Of a DNA stretch of 64,000 nt, positions 46,919 to 56,965 are shown one piece after another. The notes below the pieces were generated by a model. It did not search any database. It saw only the letters and a program-made list of their open reading frames with translations, and was not told where the DNA came from. The DNA lies in the NCBI GenBank assembly GCA_028718185.1, contig JAQUMH010000004.1:10334-74333 (forward strand). The letters run 5' to 3'. The position numbers and the translations under genes are program-made. This DNA is from Elusimicrobiota bacterium. GTDB taxonomy: Bacteria; Elusimicrobiota; UBA8919. The stretch's first letter is position 1; each line of letters begins with the position of its first letter.

Positions 46919-49900
46919 CTACTTCTCTATCGCAATTTTTACTTTCTTTATTCCTGTGGTACCTTCTATATATATTATATATACTCCACTTGCTACTAAC
47001 TTGCCACCATTATTCTTGCCATCCCATACAACATTACCACTATTACCACTTTCTACTAACTCCCTTGCTAACTCGCCGCCTAGTGTATATATTTTTACCG
47101 GTGCTCCTGCTGTTAATCCTTCTATCGTCATTCCTTGAACATGTTTCGCAGGATTATACGGACTAGGATATATATTCACATTACTTAAATCTTTTGCTGA
47201 CAATACTGATTCCAATAACGCAAACATACTTAAATGACTACTTCTTCCCACGACCTTGTTATCACTAGGATAAACTGTCGTAGGCAATGCTTCCCACTGC
47301 TGGTTATTCTCATCATAGTAACCTACTACAAATTTGTTCTCATCATAGCCAACTATCTCACTTTCATCATAATTTATTGTGATAGTTATTTCTTTTAATG
47401 GTTGGAGATTCTTGTCATTTAAGATATCTACTCCATAGCCTACTACTTTTGTTGATGTTATATCACTTATCGGCGCATTTATCGCTGTTAGTGTTAAATT
47501 CACTGTCGTAGAAAATGCTTCTTTGGGTACAAGAACACTTATCTCACTATCCACACTGCTATTCTCACTTATTGGTGTTACTGCCATTCCACTGCTTATC
47601 TGTATCTGCGGACTAACTATTCTTGTCACACTTAACGGTTTGCCAATAAAATTTTGTTCTTCCTTGTCACTGTGCAAACCTATATATTCCATCTTATTCG
47701 GCCAGAACCGCCAATTGCTATTTACAGGTTCTACACTGTAATTACCAATTCCTAAATCTGCAAACTCATAATAGCCATCTTCTCCAGTGGTATAACTACC
47801 ATTTATATTATCTGCCATCGGTTCAATGGCGGACACTCTATTTAACTTCATTGCCACTTCGCTTATCCCACTTTTGCTCTTGTATACTTGCAGATTACCT
47901 TTAATACTATATAATGTCGCAGCTGGTACATATGTTATTGTTATTGTCGTCACCATTATATTATCTGATGTGTCCGTCACTCTCGCATATACTATGTTTA
48001 ACCCACTCGTCAATATTATACTTTTACTCCATGGAGATAATGTTCCGGCTACCGCTTCGTACTTTATTTCTCCCGTTCCTACTTCTAAATTTTTCAATCC
48101 TACGTTGTCGAATGCTGTACCACTTACAGTTAATAATGATGTCGTTACTGTTGAGTTATCTTCAGGTGAAGTGATCTTTATTACTGGTAATATATTATCA
48201 GGTTCGGCTATCGTAAAAATACTATCAGATATATCTGTAGGGTTACCGTCAATTTCCTGAACTCTTATTCGACAGGTTGTGCTTGGAGTGTTTGGAATAG
48301 TTACAAGCTGACTGCCATCATTAGCAGTATTAAGGACTAATGATGTCCATGTAGTCCCGCTATTTGTTGATATATCTATATTAATATTTCCTACTGTTCC
48401 TGCATTTGTCCATTTTACTGTCTGGTTGCTATTTGTCGGCCATGTTTCATTACCATTTGGTGATGTTACGGTTATACCCGGTGTTTCTGAACCTCCACTG
48501 CAAAATAGTGCGCTAGACGGAATATCCTGCCACGACAGACCGGGTCCTTCCCACCTGACATTGAGTCCGTCAGGTCCGGAACGTTCTGTTAAAATTACTC
48601 TAATAAAATGTTTACCAGCTTTGAGACCCACATTGCCAGATGCTTCTAAAAAGACGTTATAGTTGCCGCCACATACCGCAGGTATCTTAGTAGTTCGTGA
48701 AACAACTAACGTAGAGCCGATGTAGAGCTGACTCGCCTCTTTCGAGACTATAGAAAATGAGTATCCGCCATCAACCGGAATATCGATATAACCGGTGAAA
48801 ACCAAGCCATAATTGTCAGCCCTTCTGTTCGGAATAGAAACTGTAAATTGGGAAATTATTCCGGTTCGAACAGACGTCATTGCATCAAAATTAGGTATAT
48901 TATCCCATATTCCTTCATAATATTTATAGTCCAGACCCTGAGTTAATCCAGTAGGATTTTCAGGATTTCTAAAAGAATTTACAACCATGACAGTCCTGGA
49001 TGTCCAGACGATTTTTCCGCTATTATCGGTAACCTTCAACAACACCCGGTATTTTCCCGTATTGTCCCAGAGCGTTCCTGTTGTATCGGAATAGGAATGA
49101 GTCACGACTTTTCCGCTTCCGCTTGTCCCATCTCCGAAAAACCATTCATAAGAAGAAATGGTTCCATCGGGATCATGAGAACCGGATGCATCAAACGTTA
49201 CCTGCTGAAGAGGAACGATTGCGGAAGGCGAAAAAGTAAATGAGGCACGCGGTATACTATCACTTACCACAAACTGGATATTATTCACCGTGCCTTGCGT
49301 CGTGAGTGGGATATCCTGATTAGATGCAGCGATTTTATTGGCAATCTCGACATTCTCAAAAACAAGTGTATCGATAGATGCGGCTCTTACTGTAGATGGT
49401 ACCATTGTCATTTTTTCAATTGCCCAGATGTTCTTATAACGGATATTGCTCCAATTCGTATACGGACTGTCAATTATCAGCAAATTATACCAGCTCTCGA
49501 GCCGGATATTCTCAAAAAGATATCCCGTATTGGTCCCGCTTCCGCCGGACTGCCAGTTACAGAGAAGTGAAAAAGGTACAGTGCATGAACCTAATCCCAT
49601 GTGAATAACATCGCAGTTTCTCATGACAAAGTTACTGGAATTGGTGACTTCAGTACTCCAGCCGACCCTGACTATATTAGAAATACTTGTTGACAGGACA
49701 CAATTTGTGATAGTGACATCTTTAATACTATTAGAAATAGCGCCAGGAGAACCTACTATATCGTTTTGTTCTATCGCGATGATATCGTCTGCGGCTCTGA
49801 TAAAACAGTCATTGATAACGATATTGTTTGCATTCCTCTTGATATGTATCCCGTCTACGTTGGCGTTAACTTGGCATGCCCCGACTTCTGTGACATTGTC

Positions 49901-50749
49901 AAATGTAATGTTACTTGAATTATCCCCTATTATTACATGATATGTCCTGCTTTGGGTGACTATATGAATACCTTCAACGGTAACAGACTGAGCGTTGTAC
50001 ATGGTAATAGCCCGAACGTTGGGTTGCGGTGCGTCGATACCTTCGGTATTCACGTCATTATGAATAATTGTTCCTCGCCCAAGGATTTTCACATTCTGTG
50101 CATTAAAAATATTTATACTTCCTTTGACCACAGCTCCTCCATGAAGATACAAGGTCGTTCCGCTTGTCAAATCAATATTCTCCTCATAGTATCCGGGACC
50201 GTAATAACGCACCCCGGAATCGCCCTGCTTGGGCTGATTTACTTCGGGCTTACTTGCAAAGACAAAAAGCATATCGTCGGAAACAACACCGCCTGAAGAA
50301 GGATTAGAATATTTTCCCGGTTTAACTATTGCAAGCTTGGCGGGGTTTGACAAGGAAAATGTTATTGTATTTCCGCTGACAGTTGGCCTGATACATTGTA
50401 TCCATGGCTGCACTTCAACTCCCTGCGACCAGTAATCAGGTGTAGAAGCGGTGATCTTGATTTCAACGGTTCCTTCAAAGTCAAAAGACAAAGAGTAGTA
50501 TTTATCCCAAGCCTTGAATATTTGTGCCGGCTGTCCATTAATAGTTGCAGTAAAATAAGTGGTTTGCACCTGGGAAGGAAGCGGATAAATAGTCACCGTT
50601 GAAAAGACGTTTGAGATAAGCATCAATACAAGCAGAGAAGTACAACAAAGTCCTAACAATAATCCATTTTTTGAATGAAGTTTTGTAGCCACAACATAAT
50701 ATATGGTGACTATGACGACTAATAAAAACCACTTGCTGGTTTTATTCAT
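46919..50749 (-). CDS. Large secreted protein (1276 aa). It has a right-handed parallel beta-helix domain (GH28/GH49/pectate-lyase-like), a PKD domain, a PA14 domain, GEVED-like and Ig-like beta-sandwiches and a variant T9SS-type CTD (type 2, ends KIAIEK).
   Basis: Beta-helix repeats read ...NVTEVGACQVNANVDGIHIKRNANNIVINDCFIRAADDIIAIEQND.... PKD reads VTFDASGSHDPDGTISSYEWFFGDG. PA14 reads GLDYKYYEGIWDNIPNFDAMTSV...GYSFSIVSKEASQLYIG. CTD reads YPSPYNPAKHVQGMTIEGLTAGAPVKIYTLGGELARELVESGNSGNVVWDGKNNGGKLVASGVYIIYIEG...KIAIEK. Confidence 0.65.
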   Translation of the reverse strand: MNKTSKWFLLVVIVTIYYVVATKLHSKNGLLLGLCCTSLLVLMLISNVFSTVTIYPLPSQVQTTYFTATINGQPAQIFKAWDKYYSLSFDFEGTVEIKITASTPDYWSQGVEVQPWIQCIRPTVSGNTITFSLSNPAKLAIVKPGKYSNPSSGGVVSDDMLFVFASKPEVNQPKQGDSGVRYYGPGYYEENIDLTSGTTLYLHGGAVVKGSINIFNAQNVKILGRGTIIHNDVNTEGIDAPQPNVRAITMYNAQSVTVEGIHIVTQSRTYHVIIGDNSSNITFDNVTEVGACQVNANVDGIHIKRNANNIVINDCFIRAADDIIAIEQNDIVGSPGAISNSIKDVTITNCVLSTSISNIVRVGWSTEVTNSSNFVMRNCDVIHMGLGSCTVPFSLLCNWQSGGSGTNTGYLFENIRLESWYNLLIIDSPYTNWSNIRYKNIWAIEKMTMVPSTVRAASIDTLVFENVEIANKIAASNQDIPLTTQGTVNNIQFVVSDSIPRASFTFSPSAIVPLQQVTFDASGSHDPDGTISSYEWFFGDGTSGSGKVVTHSYSDTTGTLWDNTGKYRVLLKVTDNSGKIVWTSRTVMVVNSFRNPENPTGLTQGLDYKYYEGIWDNIPNFDAMTSVRTGIISQFTVSIPNRRADNYGLVFTGYIDIPVDGGYSFSIVSKEASQLYIGSTLVVSRTTKIPAVCGGNYNVFLEASGNVGLKAGKHFIRVILTERSGPDGLNVRWEGPGLSWQDIPSSALFCSGGSETPGITVTSPNGNETWPTNSNQTVKWTNAGTVGNINIDISTNSGTTWTSLVLNTANDGSQLVTIPNTPSTTCRIRVQEIDGNPTDISDSIFTIAEPDNILPVIKITSPEDNSTVTTSLLTVSGTAFDNVGLKNLEVGTGEIKYEAVAGTLSPWSKSIILTSGLNIVYARVTDTSDNIMVTTITITYVPAATLYSIKGNLQVYKSKSGISEVAMKLNRVSAIEPMADNINGSYTTGEDGYYEFADLGIGNYSVEPVNSNWRFWPNKMEYIGLHSDKEEQNFIGKPLSVTRIVSPQIQISSGMAVTPISENSSVDSEISVLVPKEAFSTTVNLTLTAINAPISDITSTKVVGYGVDILNDKNLQPLKEITITINYDESEIVGYDENKFVVGYYDENNQQWEALPTTVYPSDNKVVGRSSHLSMFALLESVLSAKDLSNVNIYPSPYNPAKHVQGMTIEGLTAGAPVKIYTLGGELARELVESGNSGNVVWDGKNNGGKLVASGVYIIYIEGTTGIKKVKIAIEK

Positions 50750-50929
50750 AATATTATTTATTTATTTATACCTGTCTATGGTAAGCAACTACAAAACTGG
50801 ATTTTTGACCAAGGACTACGGACTTCGGACGCTTTTATTTTACTTCTCAAACTTAATATTAGTCTCAATATTTTTCCCAATTAGCTAATTCTCTAATCAA
50901 CTAATTAACTGGCACCATAAGATAGTGCG

Positions 50930-53900
50930 CTACTTTTCCACACCAATCTTTATTTTCTTTGTTTCGCCTGTACCTTTTATATATAATACATATACACCAC
51001 TCGCCACTGTCTTACCACCTTCATTCTTACCATCCCATACTATACTGCCTCTTTCTCCGGTTTCTACCAACTCCCTTGCTAATTCTCCAACTAATGTGTA
51101 TATTTTTACCACTGCTCCGGCTGTTAAATTATCTATAGTCATTCCTTGAGCGTGCTTCATCGGATTAAATGGACTTGGATACACTTTTACATTACTTAAA
51201 TCAGTTACCGGAACTAATTCCAGTAACGCAAATTTGCTTAAATGATTACTTTTGGCTATTACCTTATTATAACTTGAATATACTGTTGATTGTAACGCTT
51301 CCCACCTCTTGTTATTTTCATCATACCAGCCTACTACTAACTTACTCTCGTCATAACCAGCTATTGAAATGTCGTCATAACTTATCGTTATAAGCATTTC
51401 CTTTGGCTGCAGGTTCTTGTCATTTACTATTTCTATTCCATAGCCTAATACCTTTATTGCCCGCCTGTCACTTACAGGCACATCTATTGCTTTTAACGTT
51501 AAATTCGCTGTAGTAGAAAACGCACCTATTGGCACCAAAACACTTATCTCACTATCCACACTGCTATTCTCACTTATTGGTGTTACCGCCATCCCGCTTG
51601 ATATCTGTATCTGCGGACTCACTATCCTTGTTACACTTAACGGCTTGCATATATAATTCTGTCCTTCCATATCAATACTTAAACTTGTGTATTCCATCTT
51701 CTTAGGCCAGAACCGCCAATCTTCTTTTTTAGGCTCTACACTGTAATCGCCGATTCCTAAATCCATAAACTCGTAATATCCATCTTCTCCAGTAATATAA
51801 CTGTTAATAATGCCACCACTTAAATTCATTGTTATCCCGCTTATACTGCTGCTGCTCTTGTATACTTGCACATTGCCAATGATATTGGATACTGTGGTAG
51901 TAGGAGCATATGTTACTGTTATTGTTGTTTCTTTCTGATTACTATGTGTAGATATATCAGTCGCTCTGACATATACCGTATTGGGACCTTTCTTCAATCG
52001 CACGGTTCCGCTCCATGTTTCTAATCCATTAACTGCTGAATATGTCCCGCTTTCACCTACCTTTATTTCTACTTTGCTTAATCCTAAATTATCTGATGCT
52101 GTTCCTCTTAAAGATAATAATGAGTTCGTTACTGTTGTGTTGTTTCCTGGTGTTGTAATTATTATTATTGGAGGAGTGGTCTCGGATAGTGCCGGGATAC
52201 CATATACTTCAAATTCATATAATGAATATCCATAAGGTCCTCTCGCAAGCCCGTTCATACGGACATATCTGCCACTACCATTTAACGCTATATCGTCTGT
52301 TCCGCCTGTTCCGCCTATCTTTGTGGCTACTGTTGTCCAGTCCATACGATTGTCTGATACTTGTATCTGGTAATCTTTTCCATATGCTGCTTCCCATCTT
52401 AATATTACTTCTGTTATGGTACACGTTATACCTAAATCTACATATATCCATTCCGAGTCACGGTACGGCGATTGTGATGCCCATCGGGTCCCAAGTTTCC
52501 CGTCTATTACATAATTAGGATTATCATTGCCATTTCCTGCTTCTACTGAAGATGCATAAGCAGTCGTACCTATTGCAAGATTTGCCGTCCCTTCTGTAGT
52601 TTTCCCACTTGCACAGTTGGATATTCCTGTCCAATTCGTAGCTACTTCATCTACTACCTTCATTGCAAAATAATAAACAGTATCTGCATTTAAGCCGTTT
52701 ACCGTATAACTCTGGTTACTACCGGCTATTAATGGCGTCGGTTCACCACTACACTGTGCTACACTTACCCAATCCCAGTTGATACTTGTTATACTATATG
52801 TCGCATAACGGATATCATAATCACTCGCCGTACCTGTGCCCCCATCATCGCCTACTGTTGACCAATTTAATACTATTGTTCTTCCTCCGGGATTACTGGT
52901 AGTTAAATCGTTTACTGTTGAAGGCGGTATCGTATCTGTCGGATCTGTTTCTTTGTTTACTATATTAGATATCCCTGACCAGTTATTTACATCGTCACCC
53001 GCCTTAATCGCAAAGTAATATATTGTACTTGAATTTAACCCTTTCACTGTGTAGGTTTGATTTGTCCCTACTGCTTGAGGAATTGGTTCATTACTGCATT
53101 GTGTAGCTGTAGCCCAATTACTGTTTGTTATAGGTGTCAATGCGTAGCGAATATCATAATTACTCGCTGTACCTATGTTACCATCGTCGCCTACTGCTGT
53201 CCAACTTAATTGGAGACTATTGCTGGTTGCAGTTGCACTCGCTAATGTGTTTATATCTGTTGGCGGGGTTGTGTCATTAAATGTTACGGTTACCTGGCTT
53301 GCTCCGGCAAGGTAATCATCCGATACGGCATGAACTGTTATTATATGATTACCTTGTGTATAGCCGGCTGTATTCCATGTGTATGTCGGACTTGCAGATA
53401 TCTTAACTAGTTTGTTATCTATAAAATAACGATATGAGACAACTGGATTGGTTGTCTCAGAATTAGGTGTAGCTGTTACTGATATATTTACGCTAGCACT
53501 TACTACAGCACCATTTACAGGAGAATTTATAGAAACGGACGGTGATAGCTTAAAAAAGTCGTCATCCATAACTTTATCATACACTGCTCTTTCTTCAGTG
53601 GTTAAATTATAAAGTTTAAATATTCCTATTCCAAGACCGGCAATCTGAGGTGAGTCTGCTCTCAAGTATTTTATCCACAAGTCATCATCCGGTGCATATC
53701 CGTCATAGATGTTTCCGCCACCAAGGATAGGAAATGTTTTTCCATCAAGCCTACGGTATTTTGCCCAGTTAGTATTCCTCTTAGTAAATGTTCTATAATC
53801 TTTGATTCCATGGTAGAAATATAACTCAGGTACATAAAAATCTATTACATCGGCTCCATTCGTCATCATTTCATCAAAACCATCTCCAAAATAAGCAGCA

Positions 53901-55447
53901 GTCACAAAAAAATTGGGATATTGTTGTTTCACCCGCCTAAGTGCATTTATGGATTTTTGGACTCGAGTATCCGAATCATTAGAAGCCCATTCGTCAATGG
54001 ATAACCCGTAATATCCTTCTTGAGCAGCCTCTAAGTAATTGTTATACATTTTTTCTTCAGTGTCAAGATACCATTCGTTAGTAATTGTATATGTCGGCAC
54101 CCTGCAAGCATAACTATATGGTATCGGAAGTTTCCCTTTTGCTATCATCCCATCGTGCCATGACTTGGTAGCCCACATTAAACCGGAAAAATTCATAGTT
54201 TCGTGAGGTTGCTCGCCAGGACCGGCACACCAGTAAATAATATATGGTATTTTTATAGGTGCGAGAGTAGGATTTGGATATATAGCACCTTCATGAAAAA
54301 GAAAATTGTTGTTCGGCAAAGTAACAAGCGGAGAAGTTGTTCCACCTGGTGAATTTGATATTGGTGACCAATTCGGCACTTCATCCGCAGCCTTTATTGC
54401 AAAGTAATATTGGGTGTTTGGAGAAAGTCCAAGTGCCATAATTGACTGGTTTGTACCAGCCCATTCTATCGGTAGCCAGTAAATGTCAATCGGTGTAGCT
54501 AAGTTCCAATCTGTTTCTGTTAATATAGGAAAAGTATAATATCTTATATCATACTTTGAAACTCTGTAGTCATTACCATCATCGCCGGGAGCAGTCCATG
54601 TAAGCGTAACTGAAGTAGGTGTGGGATTGATTGCAGCTAAATTATTTATTTGGGCCGGTGGTGTGGAGTCTGTAAGAGCTGATGTTGTCGCGCTCGGTGA
54701 ATTTGATGAAGATGACCAATTGGGCACATCATCTGCTGTTTTTATTGCAAAGTAATATTTAGTTGAAGGTGAAAGTCCGGCAATAGTGAATGTTTCTGTC
54801 CTGGACATTTCTTGCGGTGTTGGTGTAACTGCGACTTTAGTCGCAGAATCCCAGTTTGCATCTGTTATCGGTGAAAGTGAATATCTAATATCATATGAGA
54901 TATATCTTGATGCGACTATCCTTGAACTGTTGTTATCACCGGGTGCGGTCCATGTAAGTGTAACTGATTTTGCTGTTGTTCCGCTTACTATCAAATTATT
55001 TATTTTATCAGGTGGTATAGTATCTGTGAGAGCAAGAGTTGTTGCACTCGGTGATTTAGATATTGGTGACCAGTTAGACAATTTATCGCTTGCTTTGATT
55101 GCAAAATAATATTGTGTTGAAGGTGAAAGTCCAAAGACAATAAACGATTCAGCACAACCTGCAGGCTTTGGATTCGACTCACCTGTAACCTGAGTTGCAG
55201 AATCCCAGTTAGCATCCGATATTGGTGAAAGAGAGTACCTGATATCATATGTTATCGCTGTTCCTGTGTTGCCGTTATCGCCGACAGACCTCCATACAAG
55301 TGTTATTGTCTTGGATGTCGGGTATGCCGTCAGAAAATATGTTATCTTACCGGGCACACCGGATAATACACTTGTTGTAAACATACATGCTACAAAAATG
55401 CATATTATAAACATACAATATTTTTTTACCAATTTCTGTCTGAACAT
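50930..55447 (-). CDS. Large secreted protein (1505 aa). It has FN3 x3, the conserved unknown 330 aa domain (the same family as the C-termini of the three 900 aa paralogs), FN3 x2, an F5/8 type C discoidin domain, Ig-like domains and a type-2 CTD (ends KIGVEK).
   Basis: The unknown domain reads NNNFLFHEGAIYPNPTLAPIKIPYIIYWCAGPGEQPHETMNFSGLMW...GYYGLSIDEW...FFVTAAYFGD...DDDLWIKYLRADSP. The discoidin region reads GTRWASQSPYRDSEWIYVDLG...YGKDYQIQVSDNRMDWTTV...GRYVRMNG...YSLYEFEVYG. The CTD resembles that of 46919-50749. Confidence 0.7.
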   Translation of the reverse strand: MFRQKLVKKYCMFIICIFVACMFTTSVLSGVPGKITYFLTAYPTSKTITLVWRSVGDNGNTGTAITYDIRYSLSPISDANWDSATQVTGESNPKPAGCAESFIVFGLSPSTQYYFAIKASDKLSNWSPISKSPSATTLALTDTIPPDKINNLIVSGTTAKSVTLTWTAPGDNNSSRIVASRYISYDIRYSLSPITDANWDSATKVAVTPTPQEMSRTETFTIAGLSPSTKYYFAIKTADDVPNWSSSSNSPSATTSALTDSTPPAQINNLAAINPTPTSVTLTWTAPGDDGNDYRVSKYDIRYYTFPILTETDWNLATPIDIYWLPIEWAGTNQSIMALGLSPNTQYYFAIKAADEVPNWSPISNSPGGTTSPLVTLPNNNFLFHEGAIYPNPTLAPIKIPYIIYWCAGPGEQPHETMNFSGLMWATKSWHDGMIAKGKLPIPYSYACRVPTYTITNEWYLDTEEKMYNNYLEAAQEGYYGLSIDEWASNDSDTRVQKSINALRRVKQQYPNFFVTAAYFGDGFDEMMTNGADVIDFYVPELYFYHGIKDYRTFTKRNTNWAKYRRLDGKTFPILGGGNIYDGYAPDDDLWIKYLRADSPQIAGLGIGIFKLYNLTTEERAVYDKVMDDDFFKLSPSVSINSPVNGAVVSASVNISVTATPNSETTNPVVSYRYFIDNKLVKISASPTYTWNTAGYTQGNHIITVHAVSDDYLAGASQVTVTFNDTTPPTDINTLASATATSNSLQLSWTAVGDDGNIGTASNYDIRYALTPITNSNWATATQCSNEPIPQAVGTNQTYTVKGLNSSTIYYFAIKAGDDVNNWSGISNIVNKETDPTDTIPPSTVNDLTTSNPGGRTIVLNWSTVGDDGGTGTASDYDIRYATYSITSINWDWVSVAQCSGEPTPLIAGSNQSYTVNGLNADTVYYFAMKVVDEVATNWTGISNCASGKTTEGTANLAIGTTAYASSVEAGNGNDNPNYVIDGKLGTRWASQSPYRDSEWIYVDLGITCTITEVILRWEAAYGKDYQIQVSDNRMDWTTVATKIGGTGGTDDIALNGSGRYVRMNGLARGPYGYSLYEFEVYGIPALSETTPPIIIITTPGNNTTVTNSLLSLRGTASDNLGLSKVEIKVGESGTYSAVNGLETWSGTVRLKKGPNTVYVRATDISTHSNQKETTITVTYAPTTTVSNIIGNVQVYKSSSSISGITMNLSGGIINSYITGEDGYYEFMDLGIGDYSVEPKKEDWRFWPKKMEYTSLSIDMEGQNYICKPLSVTRIVSPQIQISSGMAVTPISENSSVDSEISVLVPIGAFSTTANLTLKAIDVPVSDRRAIKVLGYGIEIVNDKNLQPKEMLITISYDDISIAGYDESKLVVGWYDENNKRWEALQSTVYSSYNKVIAKSNHLSKFALLELVPVTDLSNVKVYPSPFNPMKHAQGMTIDNLTAGAVVKIYTLVGELARELVETGERGSIVWDGKNEGGKTVASGVYVLYIKGTGETKKIKIGVEK

Positions 55448-55561
55448 ACTAATTATCTCCTGTAAATCAATTAAAAGATTTGAGAAACATTAAAAAATTG
55501 GAAAGATTAGAAAAATTAAAATCTTTAAATCTTTTAATATTTAATCTTTTAATTGTCTCTA

Positions 55562-56596
55562 TTAGAATTTCACATTCAATGCTACTCTATGTGTATCGCC
55601 TAAATCGCCAAACGGAACAAATGCATAATCTAACCCATATCCCTTATAATCTAAACCAGCTCCTACACTTATCCCTTTTAATCCACTTATGTCTTTTGTT
55701 TTGGTGTTGTATCCTGCCCTGCCTATTAGTGTCGTTCCTTCACCCGCGTCATACTTATACTCAGTCCCTGCTCCTATTCCTATCCCACTGTCATTTACTG
55801 CTGTTATATCTAACCCGACTAACCATTCCGGTTGAATATTATATCCTCCACCTACACGTATTGTCATAGGTAAATTATCACTCTCTTCTACATACTTCAT
55901 CTTACTGCCTACATTCTGAACTGCTAACCCTATACTCATTCCGCTATCTATTGGCTTATATAACATTCCTACATCACCGGCTATCGCTGTCGCACTCTCC
56001 TTTATCTTGCTGCTTATATACTTTACTCCTACTCCTAATGACACATCGTCACTTACTATATTCCCATAACTTAACGTAACAGACATATCTGTTGGACTAT
56101 AATTACCACCTAATATTCCATTTATATCGCTTTCTTTTATATTACCATAATTTATATATTGCACACCTAACCCTATTACTCCTACACCTGCTATCGGCTG
56201 TCCATAACCTACCCAACTATAACCTATATCTTCAAACCAGACCGCATGCATTACACTTATTGATGTTTTTTCTATTCCAGCTAATCCTGCTGTATTCCAA
56301 TATATACTACTTGCTCCTTCACATACTCCTACTCCGATATCGCCCATCCCACTACTACGGGCGCCGGCTCCTATTTTTAAAAACTGGACTGCACTTGTCC
56401 CTGTATCATCTTTGCTAAAGGCAGCGTATGTGCTGCTTGAAACAAGAAGCAAGAAGCAAGAGGCAAGAAGCAAGAAACAAGATAACATCTGATTTCTGAC
56501 TTCTGGTTTCTGACTTCTAATTTCTGACATTGGACATTGTCCGCCACTAAACATTGGTGAAGCAGGGACTTTTGACTGTCTCTTTAAATTTTTCAT
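55562..56596 (-). CDS. PorV/PorQ-family outer-membrane beta-barrel protein, paralog 3. It is divergent (about 30-35% identity to paralogs 1 and 2) and has an unusual repeat-encoded N-terminal extension.
   Basis: VQFLKIGAGARSSGMGDIGVGVCEGASSIYWNTAGLAG... aligns with the PorV-like motif of paralogs 1 and 2. The C-terminus ends in F. ATG 56596 has a good SD (AGAGGT). An alternative start is ATG at 56488 (MLSCFLLLASCFLLLVSSSTYAAF). Confidence 0.5.
   Translation of the reverse strand: MKNLKRQSKVPASPMFSGGQCPMSEIRSQKPEVRNQMLSCFLLLASCFLLLVSSSTYAAFSKDDTGTSAVQFLKIGAGARSSGMGDIGVGVCEGASSIYWNTAGLAGIEKTSISVMHAVWFEDIGYSWVGYGQPIAGVGVIGLGVQYINYGNIKESDINGILGGNYSPTDMSVTLSYGNIVSDDVSLGVGVKYISSKIKESATAIAGDVGMLYKPIDSGMSIGLAVQNVGSKMKYVEESDNLPMTIRVGGGYNIQPEWLVGLDITAVNDSGIGIGAGTEYKYDAGEGTTLIGRAGYNTKTKDISGLKGISVGAGLDYKGYGLDYAFVPFGDLGDTHRVALNVKF
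56439..56530. repeat. Simple-sequence repeats inside the 5' coding region of PorV-like paralog 3: heptamer CAAGAAG/CTTGCTT x about 6 (56439-56481), then 13-mer tttctgacttct(g/a)(g/a) x about 2.5 (56491-56530).
   Basis: Direct reading. On the sense strand it reads cttgttt cttgctt cttgcct cttgctt cttgctt cttgttt, encoding the hydrophobic core of the signal peptide. Related caagaagcaag repeats occur at 20760-20810 and 23430-23480. Confidence 0.6.
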
Positions 56597-56659
56597 AAAT
56601 ACCTCTAATTTTATACTTTAAAGTGTAACATATAATTGATAATTTCTCGGCTGCGTTCG

Positions 56660-56700
56660 GGATTGTTTTATTGGTCTCCAGTAGGGGACTCAATAAAACA
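56660..56700. repeat. Perfect hairpin ttgttttattggtctcc-agta-ggggactcaataaaacaa (third copy).
   Basis: Matches 16018-16060 and 45774-45815. Confidence 0.5.
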
Positions 56701-56750
56701 AAAAAGAAGTATATTAGAAAATCAATCAATTAGTTAATTAAGTTTTTAAC

Positions 56751-56782
56751 CTAATTCGCTAATTCACTAATTTACTAATCCA
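56751..56782. repeat. Tandem octamer array (ctaattcg ctaattca ctaattta ctaatcca).
   Basis: Identical to 45865-45896. Confidence 0.55.
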
Positions 56783-56965
56783 CTTCTTTTGTTTTCGGTA
56801 ACCTTGCTGGCTTAATAGCCACAAGCGGTTTATCACAAAGCGGTTTACACGCTTGTGATTTACTTGCTTGTGGTTTGTCGTTTATCGGCAACCTGTTGGC
56901 GTTATCTATCTTAGCCCTTGGTTTTGCGAACTCATCCCGCTTTCACGGGAGTAGCCTTTTCGGAG
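56783..56965. repeat. Conserved intergenic structured element, copy 5 (core only).
   Basis: The core is conserved. The hairpin variant cccg ctttca cggg has an extra insertion (acaagcggtttatcacaaagcggtttacacgcttgtgatttacttgcttg) that is shared with copy 1. Confidence 0.6.
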
